NCBI GenBank assembly: GCA_034677965.1
Contig: JAXDCM010000100.1
Span: 5,115-69,114, forward strand
Source of the DNA: Syntrophales bacterium
GTDB lineage: Bacteria > Desulfobacterota > Syntrophia > Syntrophales > UBA5619
Length of the DNA: 64,000 nucleotides
Direction of reading: 5' to 3'
How positions within the stretch are numbered: position 1 is the first letter of the stretch; each line of letters begins with the position of its first letter. The position numbers and the translations under genes were made by a program. Under the pieces are notes generated by a model, which was not told where the DNA came from, made no database searches, and was given only the letters and a program-made list of their open reading frames with translations. Shown here in pieces: positions 16,989 to 26,690 of this stretch.

Positions 16989-18173
16989 ATGGAAGATCCC
17001 AAGAATCGGTTGGTCACATCCATATCAACACAGGAGATGCAGCGGAGATGGAAGGCAACCCGCGAGTGGATGGGGGAGGAGGGTGTCGACTATTTGCTGC
17101 TGCGGAACGATGAGGAGTTCTTCGGCGGGTATGTGAAGTGGTTTACCGACTTGCCGGCACGTCACAGCTATCCCTTTACGGTCATCTTTCCCCGGGGAGA
17201 CGAGATGACCACGATCACCAGCAGCCCCCCGGCTGAACCGGGGCCCAAGGCATGGGCAGTGCGTGGCGTCAAGCAACGACTGGGCGCCCCCTATTACCCC
17301 TCCCTCCATTACACCAGCCTGTACGACGCCGAGCTGGTGGTCGGGGTCCTCAAGGAAAGGCCTGGGGCGACCGTGGGCATCGTGGGCAAGACGTTTTTTC
17401 CTGTTCCTTTTTACGAGCACCTTGTAAAGCAGCTCACCGGGACACGGTTCGTCGACGCGACGGAGGCAGTCGATCAGATGAAGGCGGTCAAGTCTCCCGA
17501 GGAGATCGCGTTGATCCGGGGGACCGCCGAGATCCAGGACCAGGCACTTGACCACGTCCGAAAATGCATCAGGCCCGGGCTGCGGGAGGTAGACCTTTAC
17601 GCCGAAGCCCACTACATCTGCGCGAAGCTCGGCAGCGAACGCGTCCAGGTTCTGACCTGCTCCTATGCGCCGGGCGAGCCTTCAGGCTTCAATCAGCGTC
17701 ATTTCATGAATCGGGTGATCAAGGAGAAAGACCATTTCGTCATCCTGATCGAGGGAAACGGTCCCGGCGGCTACTATACGGAGATCGCCCGTCCCTTTTC
17801 TCTGGGCGAGCCTTCCCAGGAGACCCGGGATGTTTTTAACGCGGTTCTGGAGGCGGAACAGGTGACCCTCGATAGCCTGAAGCCCGGCGCTAATCCAAAG
17901 GAGATCTGGAACGCCCACAACGCCTTCCTGACGGGAAGGGGGTTGGCGCCGGAAGGGAGACTTTATGCCCACGGTGAGGGGTATGATTTGGTAGAACGGC
18001 CGGCGATCCGCTACGATGAAACGATGAGTCTCAGAGCCGGGATGAACATTGCGGTCCACCCCGGGGGAAAAAGCAGGAACGTCTGGACCACGATGTGCAG
18101 CAATTATCTGATCGATCGCGACGGTGTTGGCCCATGCCTGCATCGGACGCCGAAGAAGATCATCATCCTGTAA
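16989..18173 (+). CDS. M24-family hydrolase (creatinase/prolidase fold; Xaa-Pro peptidase or amidohydrolase homologue)
   Basis: 394 aa with a creatinase-like N-domain and a pita-bread C-domain (KSPEEIALIRGTAEI, HGEGYDLVERP). Some canonical Asp metal ligands appear substituted (LIEGNGPGGYYTEIARP). GGAAGGAG SD. Confidence 0.75.
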   Translation: MEDPKNRLVTSISTQEMQRRWKATREWMGEEGVDYLLLRNDEEFFGGYVKWFTDLPARHSYPFTVIFPRGDEMTTITSSPPAEPGPKAWAVRGVKQRLGAPYYPSLHYTSLYDAELVVGVLKERPGATVGIVGKTFFPVPFYEHLVKQLTGTRFVDATEAVDQMKAVKSPEEIALIRGTAEIQDQALDHVRKCIRPGLREVDLYAEAHYICAKLGSERVQVLTCSYAPGEPSGFNQRHFMNRVIKEKDHFVILIEGNGPGGYYTEIARPFSLGEPSQETRDVFNAVLEAEQVTLDSLKPGANPKEIWNAHNAFLTGRGLAPEGRLYAHGEGYDLVERPAIRYDETMSLRAGMNIAVHPGGKSRNVWTTMCSNYLIDRDGVGPCLHRTPKKIIIL

Positions 18174-18183
18174 GGGGAGAGCC

Positions 18184-19128
18184 ATGTATGTTCTGATTGC
18201 GGCCCGGGAGGCAGAAGAATACCGAAAGTCCCTGGCGCCTCTCTTTCCGGAGGTCGAATTTCACGCGGTGGAACGGGAATCCGACATCCGGGATCATGCC
18301 GGCCGGATGGAGGTGCTCATTACCGTTTACCGCGTTGCCAATGAGCTGCTTCGGCAGGCAACCCGGCTCCAGTGGATTCAGGTTACCACCGTAGGCGTCA
18401 ATTATCTCCTCGACCGTCCTTCCCTCCGAAGAGAGGTGGTCGTCACTTCCTGTAGCGGGATCCACGGCCCACAGATGTCAGAGATGGCTATCCTGATGAT
18501 GCTGGCCCTGAACCGGGACTTTTCTCGGTCTGTCCGAAACCAGGACCGTGGACAATGGGAGCGGTGGCCGGGGAAACTTCTCTTTCGAAAACACGTCGCG
18601 ATCCTGGGGATCGGAACGATTGGCGAGGCCATCGCCGAAAAGTGCAAATGCTTCGGGATGACGGTTTCGGGGATCGATATTGTGGAGAGAAGTCTTGCCT
18701 GCGTGGACATCTTCCATCCGCCCGACCGGCTTCCGGAGGTGGCGGCAGAGATCGATTATCTGATACTGGTCGCACCCTCGACGAATGAAACCCGCGGGAT
18801 CGTAGGGGAGAAAGTCCTCTCACGGATGAAGCCCACCGCTTACTTGATCAACATCGCCCGCGGGGAGCTGGTGGACGACGCGGCCCTGATCCGGGCCCTG
18901 GAGGCGGGAAAGATTGCCGGTGCGGCCCTGGACGTGTTTTCGGTCGAACCCCTCCCTGCCGATCACCCCCTGTGGAGGACGAAAAACATCATCATAACCC
19001 CCCATGTGGGTGGGATGAGCGATATCTATGTTGAACAGACCCTGCCCATCATTACGGAAAACCTCAGGCGGTTCATCCATGGCGAGCGGCGTGACCTGGT
19101 CAATTACATCGAAAGACAATGTTCTTGA
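18184..19128 (+). CDS. D-isomer-specific 2-hydroxyacid dehydrogenase family protein
   Basis: NAD motif ILGIGTIGEAIA, plus NIARGELVD and TPHVGG catalytic-region segments. ATG 18184 follows AGGGGAGAG. Confidence 0.85.
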   Translation: MYVLIAAREAEEYRKSLAPLFPEVEFHAVERESDIRDHAGRMEVLITVYRVANELLRQATRLQWIQVTTVGVNYLLDRPSLRREVVVTSCSGIHGPQMSEMAILMMLALNRDFSRSVRNQDRGQWERWPGKLLFRKHVAILGIGTIGEAIAEKCKCFGMTVSGIDIVERSLACVDIFHPPDRLPEVAAEIDYLILVAPSTNETRGIVGEKVLSRMKPTAYLINIARGELVDDAALIRALEAGKIAGAALDVFSVEPLPADHPLWRTKNIIITPHVGGMSDIYVEQTLPIITENLRRFIHGERRDLVNYIERQCS

Positions 19129-19248
19129 CTCCCGGGCGAGACCATTATACGTTTTTTGAGAATCATTTGTTTCTGCCGCGCTGATGGATCCATTCGCAAA
19201 ACAGTTGACCGACATCGGGCTGCAGGAATGGGCGGAGGATCGAGCATA

Positions 19249-19710
19249 GTGACGTCGGTTAAGATCTGGTGCAGCCTCTTCTGGATGCTTTTTGCGATTG
19301 TAATGGGTCGTCAGGCTTCTCAACTGCCGATGGGGGAGATGCGGGAGCCCGGCGCCGGCTTCTTTCCGTTGTTGATTGCCGTCGTGATCGGGCTTCTGGC
19401 CGTCCTGGCACTCATTCAGGCTCTGCAGAAGAAGTCGGGGAAGCGTCTCGAAAATGCGCGTTCAGTGGAACCCTTCCGGTGGTGGAACCTCGTCATTATC
19501 GCGACGGCTCTGACCGCCTATGCGCTGACCCTGCAAAAGGTGGGTTTCCTGATAAACACCTTTCTCCTGATGCTCCTTCTGGTCAAGATGATCGAGCCTC
19601 AGAGCTGGACGAAATCGCTGATCGCTGCGCTGATTACTGCCGTGGTTTCCGAACTCTTCTTCAACGTTCTACTCAACGCGCAGATTCCCAGAGGGATCCT
19701 CGGGTTTTAG
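19249..19710 (+). CDS. tctB: tripartite tricarboxylate transporter small subunit (TctB family)
   Basis: Small four-span hydrophobic protein directly upstream of tctA. GTG 19249 with GGAGGA 9 nt upstream is preferred; ATG 19228 or 19156 are also possible. Confidence 0.6.
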   Translation: MTSVKIWCSLFWMLFAIVMGRQASQLPMGEMREPGAGFFPLLIAVVIGLLAVLALIQALQKKSGKRLENARSVEPFRWWNLVIIATALTAYALTLQKVGFLINTFLLMLLLVKMIEPQSWTKSLIAALITAVVSELFFNVLLNAQIPRGILGF

Positions 19711-19724
19711 GAGTCGGAACCGAT

Positions 19725-21245
19725 ATGGACATCCTCGGCCAACTGTTGCACGGCTTCAGTGTCGCGACAATGCCGATGAACCTTCTCTTCTGTTTCATCG
19801 GGGTTTTCATTGGTACGCTCATCGGTGTGTTGCCGGGGATCGGACCCCCAGCGGCCCTGTCGCTGTTGCTGCCGGTCACCTTCCACGTCCCCCCGGTATC
19901 GGCCGTCATCCTTCTGGCGGGAATCATGTACGGCGCCATGTACGGGGGATCAACCACGTCGATCCTGGTGAACATTCCCGGGGAGGCCGCCTCTGTGGTG
20001 ACCTGCCTCGACGGTTACCGGATGGCCCGAAACGGCCGGGCCGGCGCGGCACTGGGCATCTCCGCCTTCGGCTCCTTTATTGCCGGTACGGTCAGCCTCT
20101 TCTTATTGGTTTTTCTGGCCCCGATGCTGGCCCAGTTTGCCCTGCGCTTCGGTCCTCCCGAATATTTCTCTCTGATGTTCATGGGCTTGAGCATCCTGGT
20201 CTATCTGGCCAGGGGGTCGATCCTCAACGCCCTGATCATGGTCTGCTTCGGTCTCATGATCGGGACGGTGGGTCTGGACCCCATGTCCGGCATTTCCCGC
20301 TTCAATTTCAAGATCATGTTGCTGATGGACGGCATCGGCCTTGTCCAGATCGTCATCGGCCTCTTCGGAATCTCCGAGGTCCTTCTGAATGTGGAAAGAA
20401 CTTTCCGACAGGAGATTTTCGAGACCAGGATCAGAGGTCTGCTGCCGAACCGCGAAGAGTGGAAGCGCAGCATCGGCCCCATCGGGCGCGGAACGGTGAT
20501 CGGCTTTTTCATGGGGATCATTCCGGGAATGAGCGTTGCGATCCCCACTTTCCTCTCCTATACTTTGGAGAAGAAACTTTCCAGGAATTCGGATCAATTC
20601 GGGACGGGCATGATCGAGGGGGTTGCTGGCCCAGAATCCGCCAACAATGCCGCCTCCAGCGGGACCATGGTCCCGATGCTAAGCTTGGGCATCCCTACCG
20701 GCGCAGCCACGGCCCTGCTGCTGGGGGCCCTGATGATCCATGGTCTCCGCCCCGGGCCGATGCTGATCACCGAATCACCGGATGTCTTCTGGGGCCTGGT
20801 GGCGAGCCTCTACGTGGGAAACGTCATACTGCTGGTCCTGAACCTTCCCCTCATCCCGCTCTGGGTGAAGATCCTCAGGATTCCTTATCATTATCTCTTC
20901 CCGCTGATCCTGCTCTTCTGCATCATCGGGGCCTATACGGTCAACAATAACCCCTATGACATCATTGTCATGATCATCTTCGGGGTCATCGGCTACGGGA
21001 TGAAAAAACTGGAATACGAAGCGGCTCCGCTGGTGCTGGCTTTGGTTCTCGGGCCGATCATGGAAAACGCCTTGCGCCGCTCGCTGGTGATCGCAGACGG
21101 GGATCCCACGGTCTTTTTCACCCGGCCGATCTCAGCCGTCTTCCTGACTCTGGGGGTGCTGATCCTTTTTTCACCCCTCTTTCTCAAGAAGAGGGGAGTT
21201 CGCGTAGAGTTGCGTGCCGGCGATGAACAGTCGCCGTCAGGCTGA
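19725..21245 (+). CDS. tctA: tripartite tricarboxylate transporter large permease (TctA family)
   Basis: 506-aa multi-span protein starting MDILGQLLHGFSVATMPMNLLFCFIGVFIGTLIGVLPGIGP, as expected for TctA. AGGAG lies upstream. Confidence 0.9.
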   Translation: MDILGQLLHGFSVATMPMNLLFCFIGVFIGTLIGVLPGIGPPAALSLLLPVTFHVPPVSAVILLAGIMYGAMYGGSTTSILVNIPGEAASVVTCLDGYRMARNGRAGAALGISAFGSFIAGTVSLFLLVFLAPMLAQFALRFGPPEYFSLMFMGLSILVYLARGSILNALIMVCFGLMIGTVGLDPMSGISRFNFKIMLLMDGIGLVQIVIGLFGISEVLLNVERTFRQEIFETRIRGLLPNREEWKRSIGPIGRGTVIGFFMGIIPGMSVAIPTFLSYTLEKKLSRNSDQFGTGMIEGVAGPESANNAASSGTMVPMLSLGIPTGAATALLLGALMIHGLRPGPMLITESPDVFWGLVASLYVGNVILLVLNLPLIPLWVKILRIPYHYLFPLILLFCIIGAYTVNNNPYDIIVMIIFGVIGYGMKKLEYEAAPLVLALVLGPIMENALRRSLVIADGDPTVFFTRPISAVFLTLGVLILFSPLFLKKRGVRVELRAGDEQSPSG

Positions 21246-21277
21246 AAACGACCACAACTATTCTAAGGAGGCATATC

Positions 21278-22249
21278 ATGAGAAAGAATCGTATAAAGCG
21301 CAGTTTCTGCATCCTGGCGTTGATCCTTTGCTGCATCGTCGCAGCCCCCGCGATCGCCCAGGATTACCCGAAGGGACCCATTCAACTGGTCGTTCCGTTC
21401 GGTTCCGGCGGGGCCACCGACATCTTTTGGAGGACCCTCAGCGATTACTTTTCCAAGGCCATGAAGACAAACATCGCCGTTGTCAACAAGCCGGGCGCTG
21501 GCGGGATTGTTGGGATGGCCGGAGTCCTTCAGGCGAAACCGGACGGATATACACTGTGTGCCGGTAATTCGGACACGGTCAACATCAATCCCTTGTTCAC
21601 GAAAAACCTCCCGTTCGACACCATCGAAGACGTGAATTACATCGTCAAGGTGGCGAACTTCCCCCAGAGTATGGTCGTCAGAACCGATTCGCCCTTCAAG
21701 AGCTTCGATGACGTGATTGTCTATGCCAGGGCGAACCCCAAGAAACTCAAGGCATCGACCCCCGGTCCCGGGACTAATCCGGCCATGGCTCTGCGGCTCC
21801 TCAGCTATGAAGCCAAGGCGGAGATCACACCGGTCGGCTTCTCGGGCGGCGGAGAGAGCATCACGGCGCTCCTGGGCGGCCATGTAGACCTGGCGGGCAT
21901 TGCCCTGCCGGCCGCCAAGGCCCAGATCGATGCCGGCAAGGTCCGCCTTCTGGTTTTCTTTTCGAAGGAGCGCCATCCGCTCTATCGGGATGTTCCTACA
22001 TCCTATGAAAAGGGCTACAAGCAAACCCTTGTCGACACCGGAATGGGGATCGTCGGACCCAAGGGGCTGCCAGCTGAGGTGATCAAGAAGTGGAATGATG
22101 TGATTCAGGCGGCCGTCCAGGACGTAGAGTTCGTCAAGATGGTCTACAAGTTCAACTTCGTGACAGACTACAAAAATGGCGCGGAGTACAAAAAAGAAAT
22201 TCTGGACGAGTTCAACCTTTTCAAGAAGGTGATCGTCGCCCAGCAGTGA
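21278..22249 (+). CDS. tctC: tripartite tricarboxylate transporter substrate-binding protein (TctC/Bug family)
   Basis: Signal peptide, then PIQLVVPFGSGGATD and VVNKPGAGG signatures. AAGGAGG SD. Confidence 0.9.
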   Translation: MRKNRIKRSFCILALILCCIVAAPAIAQDYPKGPIQLVVPFGSGGATDIFWRTLSDYFSKAMKTNIAVVNKPGAGGIVGMAGVLQAKPDGYTLCAGNSDTVNINPLFTKNLPFDTIEDVNYIVKVANFPQSMVVRTDSPFKSFDDVIVYARANPKKLKASTPGPGTNPAMALRLLSYEAKAEITPVGFSGGGESITALLGGHVDLAGIALPAAKAQIDAGKVRLLVFFSKERHPLYRDVPTSYEKGYKQTLVDTGMGIVGPKGLPAEVIKKWNDVIQAAVQDVEFVKMVYKFNFVTDYKNGAEYKKEILDEFNLFKKVIVAQQ

Positions 22250-22452
22250 CCGGGGACCGATCTGCCGGTCGACCTCATTGCGGAGGTGCGGTTCGCAAAG
22301 CGGGTTTCTCAACCGTTTGAGCCGGAAAAAGAGGGGGGGGGAACATCTTCCCTCTCCTTCGTCGGCGGCGCTTCCGCGCCTTTCATAACTGTGGAGGGGA
22401 AACCGATTTGCATGCATAGAGTGTTCAGGCGCGTCAAGAAGAAGGCGGAGGA

Positions 22453-23217
22453 ATGATTCAGAAAGGAAAGAAGACATGCGGGGCCGTAGAGGTTCCCCTG
22501 AAGGCGAAACTGGCACTGGCCTGCCGCATTCTGGGAACGGAAGGGCACGACGACATGGATCTCGGACATGTGAGCTTCCGGTGTCCAGACGAACCGGAAC
22601 GAATGGTTGTCAAGGGGAAAGGACTCTGTTTGAGCGAGATCCGTGAGAACGACCTTTTAACCCTGGATTTCAATTACAAAAAGATCGATGGGAAGCGGGA
22701 TCCCCACGGCGAGATGCCGATCCACATCGAAATTTACCGGGCGAGAAGGGATGTGAACAGTATTGTGCACACCCACCCCCTGTACGCGACGGCCTTTTCT
22801 GCCACAGAAGAGATTCTGCGGCCGATCAACAACGAAGGGGTGCTGTTTGCCAAGCCTTTGCCCTTCTTCAGCGCGGAGACGGACCTCATCTTCGCGCCGG
22901 CCCAGGGAAGGGCCGTAGCCGAAACCCTGGGCGATGCCAAAGCGGTTATCATGAAGAACCATGGAATCACTGTGGTGGGAAAGAGCATCGAACAGGCAGT
23001 GGTTCATGCCTATCTTCTGGAGAAGACGATCCAAACACTCTTTGTTGCCAAGGTGTTCGGCGAACCGACCTGGACCGGTGACGAAGAGGCGGAGAGGAAG
23101 TCGGACCATATCTTCAAGGGAAACCGGATCCAGGCAATCTGGAACACACTTGCAAGGAACCTCGAACGCCGGGAAAGGCCGCTGCGGCTACTCGAGGCCA
23201 TTCTGAAACGGGGATAA
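22453..23217 (+). CDS. class II aldolase/adducin-family protein
   Basis: GHVSFR, HTHPLYATAF and MKNHGITVVG segments typical of the class II aldolase/adducin N-terminal fold. Confidence 0.8.
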   Translation: MIQKGKKTCGAVEVPLKAKLALACRILGTEGHDDMDLGHVSFRCPDEPERMVVKGKGLCLSEIRENDLLTLDFNYKKIDGKRDPHGEMPIHIEIYRARRDVNSIVHTHPLYATAFSATEEILRPINNEGVLFAKPLPFFSAETDLIFAPAQGRAVAETLGDAKAVIMKNHGITVVGKSIEQAVVHAYLLEKTIQTLFVAKVFGEPTWTGDEEAERKSDHIFKGNRIQAIWNTLARNLERRERPLRLLEAILKRG

Positions 23218-23309
23218 CATCAGGATGACGAGGTCTACCGGGGTGCAGGGCTTTTAAAACATCGGAACGTGACGCTGGATGTCCGGCTCGGTTTAAAAAG
23301 GGATGCAGG

Positions 23310-24965
23310 ATGAAGGTGATCGAAACAGCATTGGGGAAAGTCGTAGAAACGGATGTGCTGATCCTCGGGGCAGGAGCGGCCGGGAGCGGAGCGGCGCTTG
23401 CCGCCCGACGCGAAGGAGTTGACGTGGTCCTCGTCGAAAAGGGGAAGATTGAGAGCTGCGGCAGCGCTGGCGGCGGCAATGACCATTTCCAGGCGCCTTT
23501 GGGCACCGGACCCGACTGGGACTCCTGCGAGACCTTCGTCAACTTCTATGACAGGCCAACCTCCGGCTGGAGCCGGGCAATGCTCGAGCATGGCTGGTAC
23601 CGGATCGTTCCGGTGATCCTCGAGATTTTGGAGCAGGAGCAGGTCCCTTTCGTGCGAAACCCCGACGGTTCTTACCTGCGGACCGTAGGGTTCGGCCAGC
23701 CCGGTGCGTGGTATCTGAATATCTCCCGGGGCCAGACGGTCAAGCGGAAGATCGCACGCCGCGTGCGCGCCGAAGGGGCCAACGTCTTCGACTACATCAT
23801 GATCACACGGCTGATCCGAGACGGCAGAAGGATCGTCGGATGCATGGGTTATCAGGTCCATACAGGCGAGTTTTATCTCTTCAAAGCAAAAACGGTGGTC
23901 TGCTGTCTCGGCAAGACCGTCAATCGGGCATCGACGAACTCGAGCGGCAATCCCTTCAACACCTGGCACGATCCCTTCGTAACAGGCGCCTATTTTGCGC
24001 TGCCCTACGAGATAGGCGCCGAGATCATGAATATGGATGTGGCTGAACAGGCGACACTGATCCCCAAAGGTTGGGGGGCACCGGGGATGAACGGAGTCAA
24101 CAGCATGGGCGGCCGCGAGCTCAACGCCCTCGGCGAACGGTTCATGGGCAAGTATGACCCGATGTGGGAGAACGGCATCCGACGCAACCAGATCCAAGGG
24201 ACATATCAGGAGATACTCGACGGCAAAGGTCCGCCGTTTCATATCGACATGACCCATTTTTCGGAGGAGGACGCCCATTCACTGCAGTATGTATTGATGC
24301 CGGGTGACAAGGCGACCTACAATGACTATACCGGCCAGAGGGGGATCAGCTTCAAACGGGATCTGCTGGAGGTGGAGATCAGTGAGCTGAACCTCGAGGG
24401 GCTGCTCTGTGTGAACGATCACCTGGAAACCAACATCAAGGGGCTTTACAGTGGCTGCGTGTTCCCGCAGCTTTCCGGGGCGATCTGCGGCGGCTACTGC
24501 GCGGGTTTCAATGCTGCCCGGGCAGCCAAGGCTGAGCGTGTGCCCGGTCCGATCGACGAAGAGACGGCCGCCCGTGAGAAAGAGCGGATCTTCGCACCGC
24601 TGCAAAGGGATGATGGGCTCAGTTACCGGGAGTTTGAAGGTGCGATCCGATCGGTTATGGACTACTACATGGGGCTGGTGCGCAACGAGAAAGGGATGCA
24701 GATTGCCCTGAACAAGCTCCGCTTTATCGGGACCTACGCCGACCGGATTCGGGCCGCGGACATGCACGAGCTGCTCAGGACGCAGGAGAGCCTCTTCCTG
24801 CACAAGACCTGCGAGCTGTCGGTCCTTACCTGCATCGAACGTCGAGAGAGCGGACGTTGCGTCTACCGTAGGACCGACTACCCCGGACTGAACTCCGAGA
24901 TGAACAAACCGATCGTGATCTGGCAAGAGGCCGGCCAATTCCACTTTTCCTGGGGGAGGACATGA
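23310..24965 (+). CDS. FAD-binding oxidoreductase of the FrdA/SdhA/AprA/TcuA flavoprotein type
   Basis: N-terminal DVLILGAGAAGSGAALAA dinucleotide fold. At 551 aa, the overall pattern resembles fumarate-reductase-type flavoproteins. Confidence 0.7.
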   Translation: MKVIETALGKVVETDVLILGAGAAGSGAALAARREGVDVVLVEKGKIESCGSAGGGNDHFQAPLGTGPDWDSCETFVNFYDRPTSGWSRAMLEHGWYRIVPVILEILEQEQVPFVRNPDGSYLRTVGFGQPGAWYLNISRGQTVKRKIARRVRAEGANVFDYIMITRLIRDGRRIVGCMGYQVHTGEFYLFKAKTVVCCLGKTVNRASTNSSGNPFNTWHDPFVTGAYFALPYEIGAEIMNMDVAEQATLIPKGWGAPGMNGVNSMGGRELNALGERFMGKYDPMWENGIRRNQIQGTYQEILDGKGPPFHIDMTHFSEEDAHSLQYVLMPGDKATYNDYTGQRGISFKRDLLEVEISELNLEGLLCVNDHLETNIKGLYSGCVFPQLSGAICGGYCAGFNAARAAKAERVPGPIDEETAAREKERIFAPLQRDDGLSYREFEGAIRSVMDYYMGLVRNEKGMQIALNKLRFIGTYADRIRAADMHELLRTQESLFLHKTCELSVLTCIERRESGRCVYRRTDYPGLNSEMNKPIVIWQEAGQFHFSWGRT

Positions 24966-25007
24966 ATCCCCGATTGCCGATGAACCTAAGCCAGTAAGGA
25001 GTATAAG

Positions 25008-26690
25008 ATGCCCCCGGTATTCAGCCGTGAAATTGTCAGACCGTTGATCTCGAGGACCCACCTGAAATATCAGGCCCGCACCTCGCCCTGCGAGTCGATC
25101 TGCCCTGCGGGAAACCCGATCCAGAAGGTCCACGAACTCGTCAAGGAGGGACGCTACGAGGAGGCGCTTGAGTTCCTCCGGGCGAGAAACCCTTTTCCAG
25201 GCGTGACCGGCCGGATTTGCACACACCCCTGCGAAAAGGAATGCAACCGCCGTGAGTGGGATGAACCGCTCAACATCCGCGGGATCGAGCGGGCCGCGGC
25301 CGATGGCGCCGACGCAACCCGTGTCCGGAAGCCTGAACGGCGTGAAAGAACGGGAAAGCGGATTGCTGTGGTCGGCGGTGGTCCGGCAGGACTGTCGTTT
25401 GCCTATTTTGCAAGCCTGATGGGACATGAGGTGACTATCTTTGAGGCAGGACCGGTGCTTGGCGGGATTCCGCGGCTCTGCGTCCCTGATTATCGACTCC
25501 CCAAAGACGTTCTCGACCTGGAGATCGGACTCGTTCTCGAGACCGGGGTTAAGGCGCGCACGAACCTGCAAATCGGGAAGGATATTCCATTTTCGGAACT
25601 CCGTGCTGGTTTCGACACGGTTCTCATCGCCTCGGGGGCTTGGCGGGAGCGGATTCTTCCCATCCCGAATGCCGGTCTGGCACTTCGGGGGGTCGAGTTC
25701 CTCCGGCAGGTGATGCTCGGCTTCGCCCCGGAGGTCGGTCAACGGGTCGTGATCCTTGGCGGCGGAGGGGTCGCCTTTGACTGTGCCTTTACGGCGCGAA
25801 GGCTTGGCGCCGATGAGGTGCACGTGTTGTGCCTCGAAAAGGCCGACTGCATGGTAGCGCCGGCTGACGACCTTATCCAGGCAAAAATAGAAGGGATCCG
25901 GATCCACAACGCCTGCAATGTCCTACGACTTATCGAAAGGGGCGGGAGGGCGACCGGTGTAGAATATCAGCAGATCGAGGGGTTCTGCTTTGACGAGCGG
26001 GGAGAGGCCCAGATCGGGAACGTCTGTGGACTGCCCAACATCCTCTCGGCGGATAGCGTGGTTTTCGCCGTCGGGATCCGGCCGGAGCTGGCCTATCTTG
26101 ATGGCAGCGGGATCGCGCTCAACCCGAACGGCACGGTGAAGATCGATCCCGTCACCCGCCGGACGTCGCTTCCAGGGATTTATGCAGCGGGCGATGCGGC
26201 GACGGGGCCTTCGATCGCCGCATCGGCCATCGGCCAGGGACGTGAGGCGGCACTGGCCGTCGACAGTGATTTGAGAGGGAAGAATACGGCCGAAGAAATC
26301 CTGTCAATCGCCACCAGTGGGCGAATCGTTTCCAAACCCCTGGCGGTAACGGGAGAACCCCACGTCGTGAAATTCGCGGAGATGTTTAACCCCGATTACT
26401 ACCCGAAGGCGCCGCGCCGCGAAGGAGCCGTATCGGTAGCGCTGTCTTTTGCCGAGCGCAATGCCGGGCTGGGCATCCAAGCCGCAGAAGAGGCCTCGCG
26501 CTGCCTCCATTGCGGTCACTGCGACACGTGCGGCAAGTGCGTTGAGGACTGCCCCGGTCACATCCTCGTTATGGAGGATAAGGGTCCCGTCGTCCGTTAC
26601 GCCGACGAATGCTGGCATTGCGGCAACTGCCGCACAAGCTGCCCGGATGCGGCTGTGTCTTACCTCTTTCCACTCTACACGCTGGTCTGA
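25008..26690 (+). CDS. GltD/NfnB-like NAD(P)H-dependent Fe-S flavoprotein with C-terminal 2x[4Fe-4S] ferredoxin domain
   Basis: N-terminal Cys motifs (CESICPAGN, CTHPCEKEC), two Rossmann motifs (VVGGGPAGLS, ILGGGGVAFDCA), and C-terminal CLHCGHCDTCGKC and CWHCGNCRTSCP. AAGGAG SD. Confidence 0.85.
   Translation: MPPVFSREIVRPLISRTHLKYQARTSPCESICPAGNPIQKVHELVKEGRYEEALEFLRARNPFPGVTGRICTHPCEKECNRREWDEPLNIRGIERAAADGADATRVRKPERRERTGKRIAVVGGGPAGLSFAYFASLMGHEVTIFEAGPVLGGIPRLCVPDYRLPKDVLDLEIGLVLETGVKARTNLQIGKDIPFSELRAGFDTVLIASGAWRERILPIPNAGLALRGVEFLRQVMLGFAPEVGQRVVILGGGGVAFDCAFTARRLGADEVHVLCLEKADCMVAPADDLIQAKIEGIRIHNACNVLRLIERGGRATGVEYQQIEGFCFDERGEAQIGNVCGLPNILSADSVVFAVGIRPELAYLDGSGIALNPNGTVKIDPVTRRTSLPGIYAAGDAATGPSIAASAIGQGREAALAVDSDLRGKNTAEEILSIATSGRIVSKPLAVTGEPHVVKFAEMFNPDYYPKAPRREGAVSVALSFAERNAGLGIQAAEEASRCLHCGHCDTCGKCVEDCPGHILVMEDKGPVVRYADECWHCGNCRTSCPDAAVSYLFPLYTLV

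Noticed and set aside
24279-25907. 542-codon minus-strand ORF (similar cases at 57921..59447, 5820..7322, 21263..22516, 11941..13161, 9225..10463, 43546..44688, 28302..29480, 53922..54971 and 59532..60581)
   Set aside because: Each overlaps a confidently recognised gene on the opposite strand and shows Arg/Gly/Pro/Asp-rich shadow-frame composition. None has an SD or a family signature.
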